Part shown: one piece after another, positions 39,653 through 40,000 of the stretch
How the letters are laid out: each line of letters opens with the position of its first letter
Position numbering within the stretch: the stretch's first letter is position 1
DNA from: an uncultured Lachnospiraceae bacterium
GTDB lineage: Bacteria; Bacillota; Clostridia; Eubacteriales; Anaerofustaceae
Assembly (NCBI GenBank): GCA_964618075.1
Contig: CAZTZO010000007.1
Coordinates: 1 to 40,000, forward strand
Direction of reading: 5' to 3'
Length of the DNA stretch: 40,000 nucleotides
The notes under the pieces: model-generated
What the model saw: only the letters and a program-made list of their open reading frames with translations
Told to the model about the DNA's origin: nothing
Database searches by the model: none
Position numbers and translations under genes: made by a program

Positions 39653-39755
39653 AGCTCCTTTTAAAGAAATTATATTTGTCTTTGCTTAAAGTATACCATA
39701 AATTAAATGCTTTTTTTAAATTTTCATATTATTATTTGATTAATCACACCTACTC

Positions 39756-40000
39756 TTAATACATGATAAGCTCTATAAGCTCGTCGTTTGTTAAATTCGC
39801 TATATAATCCCCTGCGTTTATATTTAAAAGGCGCTCTTTTATGTCCTTTTGATTAAACGGCACGTTTGAGAGGATACCTTCAAGCTGACGGATACTATCG
39901 TTTTCAAAGAAATCTCCGCAAAAGGAAATACCTTCTATTCTGTTATTTTTTACATTAAAGCCTGCTTCTATAATGCCCGCAGTAAACTTCTTTCTTTTAA
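39756..40000 (-). CDS. Lipoate-protein ligase-like, C-terminal fragment (5' end beyond window)
   Basis: My translation: KRKKFTAGIIEAGFNVKNNRIEGISFCGDFFENDSIRQLEGILSNVPFNQKDIKERLLNINAGDYIANLTNDELIELIMY*. The IxxxxxxGDFF pattern is typical of the LplA C-terminal domain. Confidence 0.6.
   Translation of the reverse strand, partial: KRKKFTAGIIEAGFNVKNNRIEGISFCGDFFENDSIRQLEGILSNVPFNQKDIKERLLNINAGDYIANLTNDELIELIMY

Overview
The window reads as a chromosomal segment of an anaerobic Clostridia/Firmicutes-like bacterium, inferred from desulfoferrodoxin, HrcA/CIRCE, ARG-box-like sites and the gene families present. Left edge: a partial tRNA-Met(CAT), then an AT-rich minus-strand surface-glycan cluster (SAM methyltransferase with a 14-aa/42-bp repeat coiled-coil tail, two family-2-like glycosyltransferases, an acyltransferase-3 gene with an in-frame TAA) and a sugar epimerase. 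Next: two divergent tiny ribbon-helix-helix proteins around an octamer-rich intergenic region, desulfoferrodoxin, argH-argG, a double-ACT protein and a GPH-family transporter. The central plus-strand block is PurD-like (apparently lacking part of the ATP-grasp fold), MerR-like, lepA, hemW, CIRCE-hrcA-grpE-dnaK-dnaJ and NUDIX. Then come a frameshifted DUF5131 (Gp37/Gp68-like) gene coupled to an M42 peptidase, an xpaC-telA-lemA-like-TPM cluster, a pyrimidine-nucleoside phosphorylase, DegV, DUF1836, a gamma-carbonic-anhydrase-like protein, a degenerate-GGDEF/intact-looking EAL membrane protein, the argC-argJ-argB-argD operon, a small membrane protein, an LEA-like amphipathic protein and the C-terminus of a lipoate-ligase-like gene. 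The strongest unexplained signal is the divergent RHH pair: six copies of TATGAACT or one-mismatch variants lie in about 115 bp and overlap both predicted promoters. I saw no CRISPR array, transposase, integrase or rRNA. All family assignments come from reading motifs, not from database searches.
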